Of a DNA stretch of 64,000 nt, positions 11,301 to 25,459 are shown in pieces. Source of the stretch: Lepidodermella squamata (taxonomy: Eukaryota > Animalia > Gastrotricha); assembly GCA_047495785.1 (NCBI GenBank), contig JBLDXI010000031.1:310001-374000 (forward strand), in the 5' to 3' direction. Under the pieces are notes generated by a model, which saw nothing but the letters and a program-made list of their open reading frames with translations, made no database searches and was not told where the DNA came from. Position numbers and translations under genes: made by a program. Within the stretch, counting starts at the first letter, position 1, and the number at the start of each line of letters is the position of its first letter.

Positions 11301-14300
11301 GATTCTCGTCCCCAGTTTGGTGTCCCCAGATTGTTCGCTCCAAATTCCCCAGGTGTTCGTCCGCAGAATGTTGTATGAGCAGTTTTCTGTCACCAAAGTC
11401 TCGTCCCCAGATTCTCGTCCCCAGATTTTTGTCCGCGGTTTGTTGACCCCAGATTGTTCGGTGTTAAATCCCCAGGTGAAATTTGAAAGCTGTTTGGGCT
11501 GTTTTAATGGCCACCTCGGCCTAGCTGTGATCGAATCTCCACGATGACGGTTGATAGATCGTTATTCGCTCATGCCGTTATTTCTGGGTCTACTGATTTC
11601 CGACTGGGAACCGAGAAAACCGGTGACAAATATCTGGGGACAACACAATGGGGACCGAGCATTCTGGGGACAAACTGTGGAATTAGTGACCCGCCAAACA
11701 GGTGACATAATCTGGGGACAACACAGTGGAGACCGAGCATTCTTGGGACAAACGGTGGAATCAGTGACCCATGAAACAGGTGACAATTATCTGGGGACAA
11801 CACAGTGGGGACCGAGCATTCTGGGAACAAGTTTTCTGTCACCAAAGTCTCGTCCCCAGATTTTTGTCCCCAGTTTTTTGTCCCCAGATTGTTGTCCCCA
11901 GAGTGTTCGGTCCTCATTCCCGAGGTGTTCGTCCCCAGAATGTTGAATTAGCAGTTTTCTGTCACCAAAGTCTCGTCCCCAGATTCTCGTCCCCAGTTTG
12001 GTGTCCCCAGATTGTTCGCTCCACATTCCCCAGGTGTTCGTCCGCAGAATGTTGTATGAGCAGTTTTCTGTCACCAAAGTCTCGTCCCCAGATTCTCGTC
12101 CCCAGATTTTTGTCCGCGGTTTGTTGACCCCAGATTGTTCGGTGTTAAATCCCCAGGTGAAATTTGAAAGCTGTTTGGGCTGTTTTAATGGCCACCTCGG
12201 CCTAGCTGTGATCGAATCTCCACGATGACGGTTGATAGATCGTTATTCGCTCATGCCGTTATTTCTGGGTCTACTGATTTCCGACTGGGAACCGAGAAAA
12301 CCGGTGAAAAATATCTGGGGACAACACAATGGGGACCGAGCATTCTGGGGACAAACTGTGGAATTAGTGACCCGCCAAACAGGTGACATAATCTGGGGAC
12401 AACACAGTGGAGACCGAGCATTCTTGGGACAAACGGTGGAATCAGTGACCCATGAAACAGGTGACAATTATCTGGGGACAACACAGTGGGGACCGAGCAT
12501 TCTGGGAACAAGTTTTCTGTCACCAAAGTCTCGTCCCCAGATTTTTGTCCCTAGTTTTTTGTCCCCAGATTGTTGTCCCCAGAGTGTTCGGTCCTCATTC
12601 CCGAGGTGTTCGTCCGCAGAATGTTGAATTAGCAGTTTTCTGTCACCAAAGTCTCGTCCCCAGATTCTCGTCCCCAGTTTGGTGTCCCCAGATTGTTCGC
12701 TCCACATTCCCCAGGTGTTCGTCCGCAGAATGTTGTATGAGCAGTTTTCTGTCACCAAAGTCTCGTCCCCAGATTCTCGTCCCCAGATTTTTGTCCGCGG
12801 TTTGTTGACCCCAGATTGTTCGGTGTTAAATCCCCAGGTGAAATTTGAAAGCTGTTTGGGCTGTTTTAATGGCCACCTCGGCCTAGCTGTGATCGAATCT
12901 CCACGATGACGGTTGATAGATCGTTATTCGCTCATGCCGTTATTTCTGGGTCTACTGATTTCCGACTGGGAACCGAGAAAACCGGTGACAAATATCTGGG
13001 GACAACACAATGGGGACCGAGCATTCTCGGGACAAACTGTGGAATTAGTGACCCGCCAAACAGGTGACATAATCTGGGGACAACACAGTGGAGACCGAGC
13101 ATTCTTGGGACAAACGGTGGAATCAGTGACCCATGAAACAGGTGACAATTATCTGGGGACAACACAGTGGGGACCGAGCATTCTGGGAACAAGTTTTCTG
13201 TCACCAAAGTCTCGTCCCCAGATTTTTGTCCCCAGTTTTTTGTCCCCAGATTGTTGTCCCCAGAGTGTTCGGTCCTCATTCCCGAGGTGTTCGTCCCCAG
13301 AATGTTGAATTAGCAGTTTTCTGTCACCAAAGTCTCGTCCCCAGATTCTCGTCCCCAGTTTGGTGTCCCCAGATTGTTCGCTCCACATTCCCCAGGTGTT
13401 CGTCCGCAGAATGTTGTATGAGCAGTTTTCTGTCACCAAAGTCTCGTCCCCAGATTCTCGTCCCCAGATTTTTGTCCGCGGTTTGTTGACCCCAGATTGT
13501 TCGGTCCTAAATCCCCAGGTGAAATTTGAAAGCTGTTTGGGCTGTTTTAATGGCCACCTCGGCCTAGCTGTGATCGAATCTCCACGATGACGGTTGATAG
13601 ATCGTTATTCGCTCATGCCGTTATTTCTGGGTCTACTGATTTCCGACTGGGAACCGAGAAAACCGGTGACAAATATCTGGGGACAACACAATGGGGACCG
13701 AGCATTCTGGGGACAAAACTCTGGAGACAACACATTGGGGACCGAGCATTCTTGGGACAAACGGTGGAATCAGTGACCCATCAAACATGTGACAATTATC
13801 TGGGGACAACACAGTGGGGACCGAGCATTCTGGGAACAAGTTTTCTGTCACCAAAGTCTCGTCCCCAGATTTTTGTCCCTAGTTTTTTGTCCCCAGATTG
13901 TTGTCCCCAGAGTGTTCGGTCCTCATTCCCGAGGTGTTCGTCCGCAGAATGTTGAATTAGCAGTTTTCTGTCACCAAAGTCTCGTCCCCAGATTCTCGTC
14001 CCCAGTTTGGTGTCCCCAGATTGTTCGCTCCACATTCCCCAGGTGTTCGTCCGCAGAATGTTGTATGAGCAGTTTTCTGTCACCAAAGTCTCGTCCCCAG
14101 ATTCTCGTCCCCAGATTTTTGTCCGCGGTTTGTTGACCCCAGATTGTTCGGTGTTAAATCCCCAGGTGAAATTTGAAAGCTGTTTGGGCTGTTTTAATGG
14201 CCACCTCGGCCTAGCTGTGATCGAATCTCCACGATGACGGTTGATAGATCGTTATTCGCTCATGCCGTTATTTCTGGGTCTACTGATTTCCGACTGGGAA

Positions 14301-17300
14301 CCGAGAAAACCGGTGACAAATATCTGGGGACAACACAATGGGGACCGAGCATTCTGGGGACAAACTGTGGAATTAGTGACCCGCCAAACAGGTGACATAA
14401 TCTGGGGACAACACAGTGGAGACCGAGCATTCTTGGGACAAACGGTGGAATCAGTGACCCATGAAACAGGTGACAATTATCTGGGGACAACACAGTGGGG
14501 ACCGAGCATTCTGGGAACAAGTTTTCTGTCACCAAAGTCTCGTCCCCAGATTTTTGTCCCTAGTTTTTTGTCCCCAGATTGTTGTCCCCAGAGTGTTCGG
14601 TCCTCATTCCCGAGGTGTTCGTCCGCAGAATGTTGAATTAGCAGTTTTCTGTCACCAAAGTCTCGTCCCCAGATTCTCGTCCCCAGTTTGGTGTCCCCAG
14701 ATTGTTCGCTCCACATTCCCCAGGTGTTCGTCCGCAGAATGTTGTATGAGTAGTTTTCTGTCACCAAAGTCTCGTCCCCAGATTCTCGTCCCCAGATTTT
14801 TGTCCGCGGTTTGTTGACCCCAGATTGTTCGGTGTTAAATCCCCAGGTGAAATTTGAAAGCTGTTTGGGCTGTTTTAATGGCCACCTCGGCCTAGCTGTG
14901 ATCGAATCTCCACGATGACGGTTGATAGATCGTTATTCGCTCATGCCGTTATTTCTGGGTCTACTGATTTCCGACTGGGAACCGAGAAAACCGGTGACAA
15001 ATATCTGGGGACAACACAATGGGGACCGAGCATTCTGGGGACAAACTGTGGAATTAGTGACCCGCCAAACAGGTGACATAATCTGGGGACAACACAGTGG
15101 AGACCGAGCATTCTTGGGACAAACGGTGGAATCAGTGACCCATGAAACAGGTGACAATTATCTGGGGACAACACAGTGGGGACCGAGCATTCTGGGAACA
15201 AGTTTTCTGTCACCAAAGTCTCGTCCCCAGATTTTTGTCCCCAGTTTGTTGTCCCCAGATTGTTGTCCCCAGAGTGTTCGGTCCTCATTCCCGAGGTGTT
15301 CGTCCCCAGAATGTTGAATTAGCAGTTTTCTGTCACCAAAGTCTCGTCCCCAGATTCTCGTCCCCAGTTTGGTGTCCCCAGATTGTTCGCTCCACATTCC
15401 CCAGGTGTTCGTCCGCAGAATGTTGTATGAGCAGTTTTCTGTCACCAAAGTCTCGTCCCCAGATTCTCGTCCCCAGATTTTTGTCCGCGGTTTGTTGACC
15501 CCAGATTGTTCGGTGTTAAATCCCTAGGTGAAATTTGAAAGCTGTTTGGGCTGTTTTAATGGCCACCTCGGCCTAGCTGTGATCGAATCTCCACGATGAC
15601 GGTTGATAGATCGTTATTCGCTCATGCCGTTATTTCTGGGTCTACTGATTTCCGACTGGGAACCGAGAAAACGGGTGACAAAAGAAAACTGGGGACAACA
15701 CAATGGGGACCGAGCATTCTGGGGACAAAACTCTGGGGACAACACAATGGGGACCGAGCATTCTGGGGACAAACTGTGGAATTAATGACCCACCAAACAG
15801 GTGACATAATCTGGGGACAATACAGTGGAGACCGAGAAAACGGGTGACAAAAATCTGGGGACAACACATTGGGGCCCGAGCATTCTGGGGACAAACTCTG
15901 GGGACAACACATTGGGGACCGAGCATTCTTGGGACAAACGGTGGAATCAGTGACCCATCAAACAGGTGACAATTATCTGGGGACAACACAGTGAAGACCG
16001 AGAAAACGGGTTACAAAAATCTGGGGTAAACACAGTGGGGCCCGAGAAAACCGGTGACAAATATCTGGGGACAACACAATGGGGACCGAGCATTCTGGGG
16101 ACAAACTGTGGAATTAGTGACCCGCCAAACAGGTGACATAATCTGGGGACAACACACTGGAGACCGAGAAAACGGGTGACAAAAATCTGGGGACAACACA
16201 GTGGGGCCCGAGCATTCTGGGGACAAACTGTGGAATTAGTGACCCACCAAACAGGTGACATAATCTGGGGACAACACATTGGGGCCCGAGCATTCTGGGG
16301 ACAAACTCTGGGGACAACACATTGGGGACCGAGCATTCTTGGGACAAACGGTGGAATCAGTGACCCATCAAACAGGTGACAATTATCTGGGGACAACACA
16401 GTGGTGACCGAGAAAACGGGTGAGAAAAATCTGGGGACAACACATTGGGGCCCGAGCATTCTTGGGACAAACGGTGGAATCAGTGACCCATGAAACAGGT
16501 GACAATTATCTGGGGACAACACAGTGGGGACCGAGAAAACGGGTGACAAAAATCTGGGGACAACACATTGGGGCCCGAGCATTCTTGGGACAAACGGTGG
16601 AATCAGTGACCCATCAAACAGGTGACAATTATCTGGGGACAACACAGTGGGGACCGAGAAAACGGGTGACAAAAATCTGGGGACAACGCATTGGGGCCCG
16701 AGCATTCTTGGGACAAACGGTGGAATCAGTGACCCATCAAACATGTGACAATTATCTGGGGACAACACAGTGGGGACCGAGCATTCTGGGAACAAGTTTT
16801 CTGTCACAAAAGTCTCGTCCCCAGATTCTCGTCCCCGGATTTTTGTCCGCGGTTTGTTGACCCCAGATTGTTCGGTGTTAAATCCCCAGGTGAAATTTGA
16901 AAGCTGTTTGGGCTGTTTTAATGGCCACCTCGGCCTAGCTGTGATCGAATCTCCACGATGACGGTTGATAGATCGTTATTCGCTCATGCCGTTATTTCTG
17001 GGTCTACAGATTTCCGACTGGGAACCGAGAAAACCGGTGACAAATATCTGGGGACAACACAATGGGGACCGAGCATTCTCGGGACAAACTGTGGAATTAG
17101 TGACCTACCAAACAGGTGACATAATCTGGGGACAACACAGTGAAGACCGAGAAAACGGGTTACAAAAATCTGGGGTAAACACAGTGGGGCCCGAGAAAAC
17201 CGGTGACAAATATCTGGGGACAACACAATGGGGACCGAGCATTCTGGGGACAAACTGTGGAATTAGTGACCCATCAAACAGGTGACATAATCTGGGGACA

Positions 17301-20300
17301 ATACAGTGGAGACCGAGAAAACGGGTGACAAAAATCTGGGGACAACACATTGGGGCCCGAGCATTCTGGGGACAAAACTCTGGGGACAACACATTGGGGA
17401 CCGAGCATTCTTGGGACAAACGGTGGAATCAGTGACCCATCAAACATGTGACAATTATCTGGGGACAACACAGTGGGGACCGAGAAAACGGGTGACAATT
17501 ATCTGGGGACAACACAGTGGGGACCGAGCATTCTGGGAACAAGTTTTCTGTCACCAAAGTCTCGTCCCCAGATTTTTGTCCCCAGTTTTTTGTCCCCAGA
17601 TTGTTGTCCCCAGAGTGTTCGGTCCTCATTCCCGAGGTGTTCGTCCCCAGAATGTTGAATTAGCAGTTTTCTGTCACCAAAGTCTCGTCCCCAGATTCTC
17701 GTCCCCAGTTTGGTGTCCCCAGATTGTTCGCTCCACATTCCCCAGGTGTTCGTCCGCAGAATGTTGTATGAGCAGTTTTCTGTCACCAAAGTCTCGTCCC
17801 CAGATTCTCGTCCCCAGATTTTTGTCCGCGGTTTGTTGACCCCAGATTGTTCGGTGTTAAATCCCCAGGTGAAATTTGAAAGCTGTTTGGGCTGTTTTAA
17901 TGGCCACCTCGGCCTAGCTGTGATCGAATCTCCACGATGACGGTTGATAGATCGTTATTCGCTCATGCCGTTATTTCTGGGTCTACTGATTTCCGACTGG
18001 GAACCGAGAAAACCGGTGACAAATATCTGGGGACAACACAATGGGGACCGAGCATTCTGGGGACAAACTGTGGAATTAGTGACCCGCCAAACAGGTGACA
18101 TAATCTGGGGACAACACAGTGGAGACCGAGCATTCTTGGGACAAACGGTGGAATCAGTGACCCATGAAACAGGTGACAATTATCTGGGGACAACACAGTG
18201 GGGACCGAGCATTCTGGGAACAAGTTTTCTGTCACCAAAGTCTCGTCCCCAGATTTTTGTCCCCAGTTTTTTGTCCCCAGATTGTTGTCCCCAGAGTGTT
18301 CGGTCCTCATTCCCCAGGTGTTCGTCCGCAGAATGTTGTATGAGCAGTTTTCTGTCACCAAAGTCTCGTCCCCAGATTCTCGTCCCCAGATTTTTGTCCG
18401 CGGTTTGTTGACCCCAGATTGTTCGGTGTTAAATCCCCAGGTGAAATTTGAAAGCTGTTTGGGCTGTTTTAATGGCCACCTCGGCCTAGCTGTGATCGAA
18501 TCTCCACGATGACGGTTGATAGATCGTTATTCGCTCATGCCGTTATTTCTGGGTCTACTGATTTCCGACTGGGAACCGAGAAAACCGGTGACAAATATCT
18601 GGGGACAACACAATGGGGACCGAGCATTCTGGGGACAAACTGTGGAATTAGTGACCCGCCAAACAGGTGACATAATCTGGGGACAACACAGTGGAGACCG
18701 AGCATTTTTGGGACAAACGGTGGAATCAGTGACCCATGAAACAGGTGACAATTATCTGGGGACAACACAGTGGGGACCGAGCATTCTGGGAACAAGTTTT
18801 CTGTCACCAAAGTCTCGTCCCCAGATTTTTGTCCCCAGTTTTTTGTCCCCAGATTGTTGTCCCCAGATTGTTCGCTCCACATTCCCCAGGTGTTCGTCCG
18901 CAGAATGTTGTATGAGCAGTTTTCTGTCACCAAAGTCTCGTCCCCAGATTCTCGTCCCCAGATTTTTGTCCGCGGTTTGTTGACCCCAGATTGTTCGGTG
19001 TTAAATCCCTAGGTGAAATTTGAAAGCTGTTTGGGCTGTTTTAATGGCCACCTCGGCCTAGCTGTGATCGAATCTCCACGATGACGGTTGATAGATCGTT
19101 ATTCGCTCATGCCGTTATTTCTGGGTCTACTGATTTCCGACTGGGAACCGAGAAAACGGGTGACAAAAGAAAACTGGGGACAACACAATGGGGACCGAGC
19201 ATTCTGGGGACAAAACTCTGGGGACAACACAATGGGGACCGAGCATTCTGGGGACAAACTGTGGAATTAATGACCCACCAAACAGGTGACATAATCTGGG
19301 GACAATACAGTGGAGACCGAGAAAACGGGTGACAAAAATCTGGGGACAACACATTGGGGCCCGAGCATTCTGGGGACAAACTCTGGGGACAACACATTGG
19401 GGACCGAGCATTCTTGGGACAAACGGTGGAATCAGTGACCCATCAAACAGGTGACAATTATCTGGGGACAACACAGTGAAGACCGAGAAAACGGGTTACA
19501 AAAATCTGGGGTAAACACAGTGGGGCCCGAGAAAACCGGTGACAAATATCTGGGGACAACACAATGGGGACCGAGCATTCTGGGGACAAACTGTGGAATT
19601 AGTGACCCGCCAAACAGGTGACATAATCTGGGGACAACACACTGGAGACCGAGAAAACGGGTGACAAAAATCTGGGGACAACACAGTGGGGCCCGAGCAT
19701 TCTGGGGACAAACTGTGGAATTAGTGACCCACCAAACAGGTGACATAATCTGGGGACAACACATTGGGGCCCGAGCATTCTGGGGACAAACTCTGGGGAC
19801 AACACATTGGGGACCGAGCATTCTTGGGACAAACGGTGGAATCAGTGACCCATCAAACAGGTGACAATTATCTGGGGACAACACAGTGGTGACCGAGAAA
19901 ACGGGTGAGAAAAATCTGGGGACAACACATTGGGGCCCGAGCATTCTTGGGACAAACGGTGGAATCAGTGACCCATGAAACAGGTGACAATTATCTGGGG
20001 ACAACACAGTGGGGACCGAGAAAACGGGTGACAAAAATCTGGGGACAACACATTGGGGCCCGAGCATTCTTGGGACAAACGGTGGAATCAGTGACCCATC
20101 AAACAGGTGACAATTATCTGGGGACAACACAGTGGGGACCGAGAAAACGGGTGACAAAAATCTGGGGACAACGCATTGGGGCCCGAGCATTCTTGGGACA
20201 AACGGTGGAATCAGTGACCCATCAAACATGTGACAATTATCTGGGGACAACACAGTGGGGACCGAGCATTCTGGGAACAAGTTTTCTGTCACAAAAGTCT

Positions 20301-23300
20301 CGTCCCCAGATTCTCGTCCCCGGATTTTTGTCCGCGGTTTGTTGACCCCAGATTGTTCGGTGTTAAATCCCCAGGTGAAATTTGAAAGCTGTTTGGGCTG
20401 TTTTAATGGCCACCTCGGCCTAGCTGTGATCGAATCTCCACGATGACGGTTGATAGATCGTTATTCGCTCATGCCGTTATTTCTGGGTCTACTGATTTCC
20501 GACTGGGAACCGAGAAAACCGGTGACAAATATCTGGGGACAACACAATGGGGACCGAGCATTCTCGGGACAAACTGTGGAATTAGTGACCTACCAAACAG
20601 GTGACATAATCTGGGGACAACACAGTGAAGACCGAGAAAACGGGTTACAAAAATCTGGGGTAAACACAGTGGGGCCCGAGAAAACCGGTGACAAATATCT
20701 GGGGACAACACAATGGGGACCGAGCATTCTGGGGACAAACTGTGGAATTAGTGACCCATCAAACAGGTGACATAATCTGGGGACAACACAGTGGAGACCG
20801 AGAAAACGGGTGACAAAAATCAGGGGACAACACATTGGGGCCCGAGCATTCTGGGGACAAACTCTGGGGACAACACATTCCGAGCATTCTTGGGACAAAC
20901 GGTGGAATCAGTGACCCATCAAACAGGTGACAATTATCTGGGGACAGCACAGTGGTGACCGAGAAAACGGGTGAGAAAAATCTGGGGACAACACAATGGG
21001 GACCGAGCATTCTGGGAACAAGTTTTCTGTCACCAAAGTCTCGTCCCCAGATTTTTGTCCCCAGTTTTTTGTCCCCAGATTGTTGTCCCCAGAGTGTTCG
21101 GTCCTCATTCCCGAGGTGTTCGTCCCCAGAATGTTGAATTAGCAGTTTTCTGTCACCAAAGTCTCGTCCCCAGATTCTCGTCCCCAGTTTGGTGTCCCCA
21201 GATTGTTCGCTCCACATTCCCCAGGTGTTCGTCCGCAGAATGTTGTATGAGTAGTTTTCTGTCACCAAAGTCTCGTCCCCAGATTCTCGTCCCCAGATTT
21301 TTGTCCGCGGTTTGTTGACCCCAGATTGTTCGGTGTTAAATCCCCAGGTGAAATTTGAAAGCTGTTTGGGCTGTTTTAATGGCCACCTCGGCCTAGCTGT
21401 GATCGAATCTCCACGATGACGGTTGAAAGATCGTTATTCGCTCATGCCGTTATTTCTGGGTCTACTGATTTCCGACTGGGAACCGAGAAAACCGGTGACA
21501 AATATCTGGGGACAACACAATGGGGACCGAGCATTCTGGGAACAAGTTTTCTGTCACCAAAGTCTCGTCCCCAGATTCTCGTCCCCAGTTTGTTGTCCCC
21601 AGATTGTTCAATCCTTATTCCCTAGGTGTTCCTCCGCAGAATGTTGTACGAGCAGTTTTCTGTCACCAAAGTCTCGTCCCCAGATTCTCGTCCCCAGATT
21701 TTTGTCCGCGGTTTGTTGACCCCAGATTGTTCGGTCCTAAATCCCCAGGTGAAATTTGAAAGCTGTTTGGGCTGTTTTAATGGCCATCTCGGCCTAGCTG
21801 TGATCGAATCTCCACGATGACGGTTGAAAGATCGTTATTCGCTCATGCCGTTATTTCTGGGTCTACTGATTTCCGACTGGGAACCGAGAAAACCGGTGAC
21901 AAATATCTGGGGACAACACAATGGGGACCGAGCATTCTGGGGACAAAACTCTGGGGACAACACATTGGGGACCGAGCATTCTTGGGACAAACGGTGGAAT
22001 CAGTGACCCATCAAACATGTGACAATTATCTGGGGACAACACAGTGGGGACCGAGAAAACGGGTGACAAAAATCTGGGGACAACACAGTGGTGACCGAGA
22101 AAAAGGGTGACAAAAATCTGGGGACAACGCATTGGGGCCCGAGCATTCTTGGGACAAACGGTGGAATCAGTGACCCATCAAACATGTGACAATTATCTGG
22201 GGACAACACAGTGGGGACCGAGCATTCTGGGAACAAGTTTTCTGTCACCAAAGTCTCGTCCCCAGATTCTCGTCCCCAGATTTTTGTCCCCGGTTTGTTG
22301 ACCCCAGATTGTTCGGTCCTAAATCCCCAGGTGAAATTTGAAAGCTGTTTTGGCTGTTTTAATGGCCACCTCGGCCTAGCTGTAATCGAATCTCCACGAT
22401 GACGGTTGATAGATCGTTATTCGCTCATGCCGTTATTTCTGGGTCTACTGATTTCCGACTGGGAACCGAGAAAACCGGTGACAAATATCTGGGGACAACC
22501 CAATGGGGACCGAGCATTCTGGGGACAAACTGTGGAATTAGTGACCCACCAAACAGGTGACATAATCTGGGGACAATACAGTGGAGACCGAGAAAACGGG
22601 TGACAAAAATCTGGGGACAACACATTGGGGCCCGAGCATTCTGGGGACAAAACTCTGGGGACAACACATTGGGGACCGAGCATTCTTGGGACAAACGGTG
22701 GAATCAGTGACCCATCAAACATGTGACAATTATCTGGGGACAACACAGTGGGGACCGAGAAAACGGGTGACAATTATCTGGGGACAACACAGTGGGGACC
22801 GAGCATTCTGGGAACAAGTTTTCTGTCACCAAAGTCTCGTCCCCAGATTTTTGTCCCCAGTTTTTTGTCCCCAGATTGTTGTCCCCAGAGTGTTCGGTCC
22901 TCATTCCCGAGGTGTTCGTCCCCAGAATGTTGAATTAGCAGTTTTCTGTCACCAAAGTCTCGTCCCCAGATTCTCGTCCCCAGTTTGGTGTCCCCAGATT
23001 GTTCGCTCCACATTCCCCAGGTGTTCGTCCGCAGAATGTTGTATGAGCAGTTTTCTGTCACCAAAGTCTCGTCCCCAGATTCTCGTCCCCAGATTTTTGT
23101 CCGCGGTTTGTTGACCCCAGATTGTTCGGTGTTAAATCCCCAGGTGAAATTTGAAAGCTGTTTGGGCTGTTTTAATGGCCACCTCGGCCTAGCTGTGATC
23201 GAATCTCCACGATGACGGTTGATAGATCGTTATTCGCTCATGCCGTTATTTCTGGGTCTACTGATTTCCGACTGGGAACCGAGAAAACCGGTGACAAATA

Positions 23301-25065
23301 TCTGGGGACAACACAATGGGGACCGAGCATTCTGGGGACAAACTGTGGAATTAGTGACCCGCCAAACAGGTGACATAATCTGGGGACAACACAGTGGAGA
23401 CCGAGCATTCTTGGGACAAACGGTGGAATCAGTGACCCATGAAACAGGTGACAATTATCTGGGGACAACACAGTGGGGACCGAGCATTCTGGGAACAAGT
23501 TTTCTGTCACCAAAGTCTCGTCCCCAGATTTTTGTCCCCAGTTTTTTGTCCCCAGATTGTTGTCCCCAGAGTGTTCGGTCCTCATTCCCGAGGTGTTCGT
23601 CCCCAGAATGTTGAATTAGCAGTTTTCTGTCACCAAAGTCTCGTCCCCAGATTCTCGTCCCCAGTTTGGTGTCCCCAGATTGTTCGCTCCACATTCCCCA
23701 GGTGTTCGTCCGCAGAATGTTGTATGAGCAGTTTTCTGTCACCAAAGTCTCGTCCCCAGATTCTCGTCCCCAGATTTTTGTCCGCGGTTTGTTGACCCCA
23801 GATTGTTCGGTGTTAAATCCCCAGGTGAAATTTGAAAGCTGTTTGGGCTGTTTTAATGGCCACCTCGGCCTAGCTGTGATCGAATCTCCACGATGACGGT
23901 TGATAGATCGTTATTCGCTCATGCCGTTATTTCTGGGTCTACTGATTTCCGACTGGGAACCGAGAAAACCGGTGACAAATATCTGGGGACAACACAATGG
24001 GGACCGAGCATTCTGGGGACAAACTGTGGAATTAGTGACCCGCCAAACAGGTGACATAATCTGGGGACAACACAGTGGAGACCGAGCATTCTTGGGACAA
24101 ACGGTGGAATCAGTGACCCATGAAACAGGTGACAATTATCTGGAGACAACACAGTGGGGACCGAGCATTCTGGGAACAAGTTTTCTGTCACCAAAGTCTC
24201 GTCCCCAGATTTTTGTCCCCAGTTTTTTGTCCCCAGATTGTTGTCCCCAGAGTGTTCGGTCCTCATTCCCGAGGTGTTCGTCCCCAGAATGTTGAATTAG
24301 CAGTTTTCTGTCACCAAAGTCTCGTCCCCAGATTCTCGTCCCCAGTTTGGTGTCCCCAGATTGTTCGCTCCACATTCCCCAGGTGTTCGTCCGCAGAATG
24401 TTGTATGAGCAGTTTTCTGTCACCAAAGTCTCGTCCCCAGATTCTCGTCCCCAGATTTTTGTCCGCGGTTTGTTGACCCCAGATTGTTCGGTGTTAAATC
24501 CCCAGGTGAAATTTGAAAGCTGTTTGGGCTGTTTTAATGGCCACCTCGGCCTAGCTGTGATCGAATCTCCACGATGACGGTTGATAGATCGTTATTCGCT
24601 CATGCCGTTATTTCTGGGTCTACTGATTTCCGACTGGGAACCGAGAAAACCGGTGACAAATATCTGGGGACAACACAATGGGGACCGAGCATTCTGGGGA
24701 CAAGTTTTCTGTCACCAAAGCCTCGTCCCCAGATTCTCGTCCCCAGTTTGTTGTCCCCAGATTGTTCAATCCTTATTCCCTAGGTGTTCCTCCGCAGAAT
24801 GTTGTATGAGCAGTTTTCTGTCACCAAAGTCTCGTCCCCAGATTCTCGTCCCCGGATTTTTGTCCGCGGTTTGTTGACCCCAGATTGTTCGGTCCTAAAT
24901 CCCCAGGTGAAATTTGAAAGCTGTTTGGGCTGTTTTAATGGCCATCTCGGCCTAGCTGTGATCGAATCTCCACGATGACGGTTGAAAGATCGTTATTCGC
25001 TCATGCCGTTATTTCTGGGTCTACTGATTTCCGACTGGGAACCGAGAAAACCGGTGACAAATATC
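8319..25065. repeat. Complex satellite array, basic unit 681 bp, 23 cores, with variant and higher-order units
   Basis: Identical ORF-track peptides recur every 681 bp (8827, 9508, 10189 ... 13594). Each unit has a TGTCCCCAG-repeat arm, a ~130-bp unique core and a TGGGGACA-repeat arm. Variant units of 401-1362 bp occur after ~13.6 kb. Confidence 0.97.
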
Positions 25066-25080
25066 ACACTATATTTCGGT

Positions 25081-25098
25081 AGCGCCAATTTGCGCCAC
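25081..25098 (+). repeat. Left subterminal 18-bp direct repeat (partner at 53178-53195)
   Basis: AGCGCCAATTTGCGCCAC versus AGCGCCATTTTGCGCCAC, 17/18 identical. Confidence 0.8.
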
Positions 25099-25459
25099 TG
25101 CGCGCCAGTTACAGCCACCCGCGGCGCCGCGTACTTGAGTGTGTGCAAACAAGGCAAACACCGCATATTCTCGCCGTGGGATAACGCCCGCACTCGGGCG
25201 GTTTAAAGTTAAGCCTTGAACTATTCCAAAATTCAATGAACGGTGTTGACTTAAAGCGCATACTTCGACACGCTATCGATTTCCGAGTATTGAAATGAGA
25301 AATGGATAAAATAACACGTCTTTCCGGGGTGTCTTTGTTAAAACACTGATGAAACCATCGATGCGGTGAGTACCAGCAGTATATTAACCCCAAAATTCCA
25401 GAATTTCAGCATTAATAGTCAATTCTGCATCATTTTCAAACCCAATTTCGAACAAAGCT

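Noticed and set aside
8319-25065. Many 60-290-aa ORFs, and a possible CRISPR-like array
   Set aside because: The ORFs are translations of satellite DNA in several frames and on both strands. There are no unique spacers and no cas genes.
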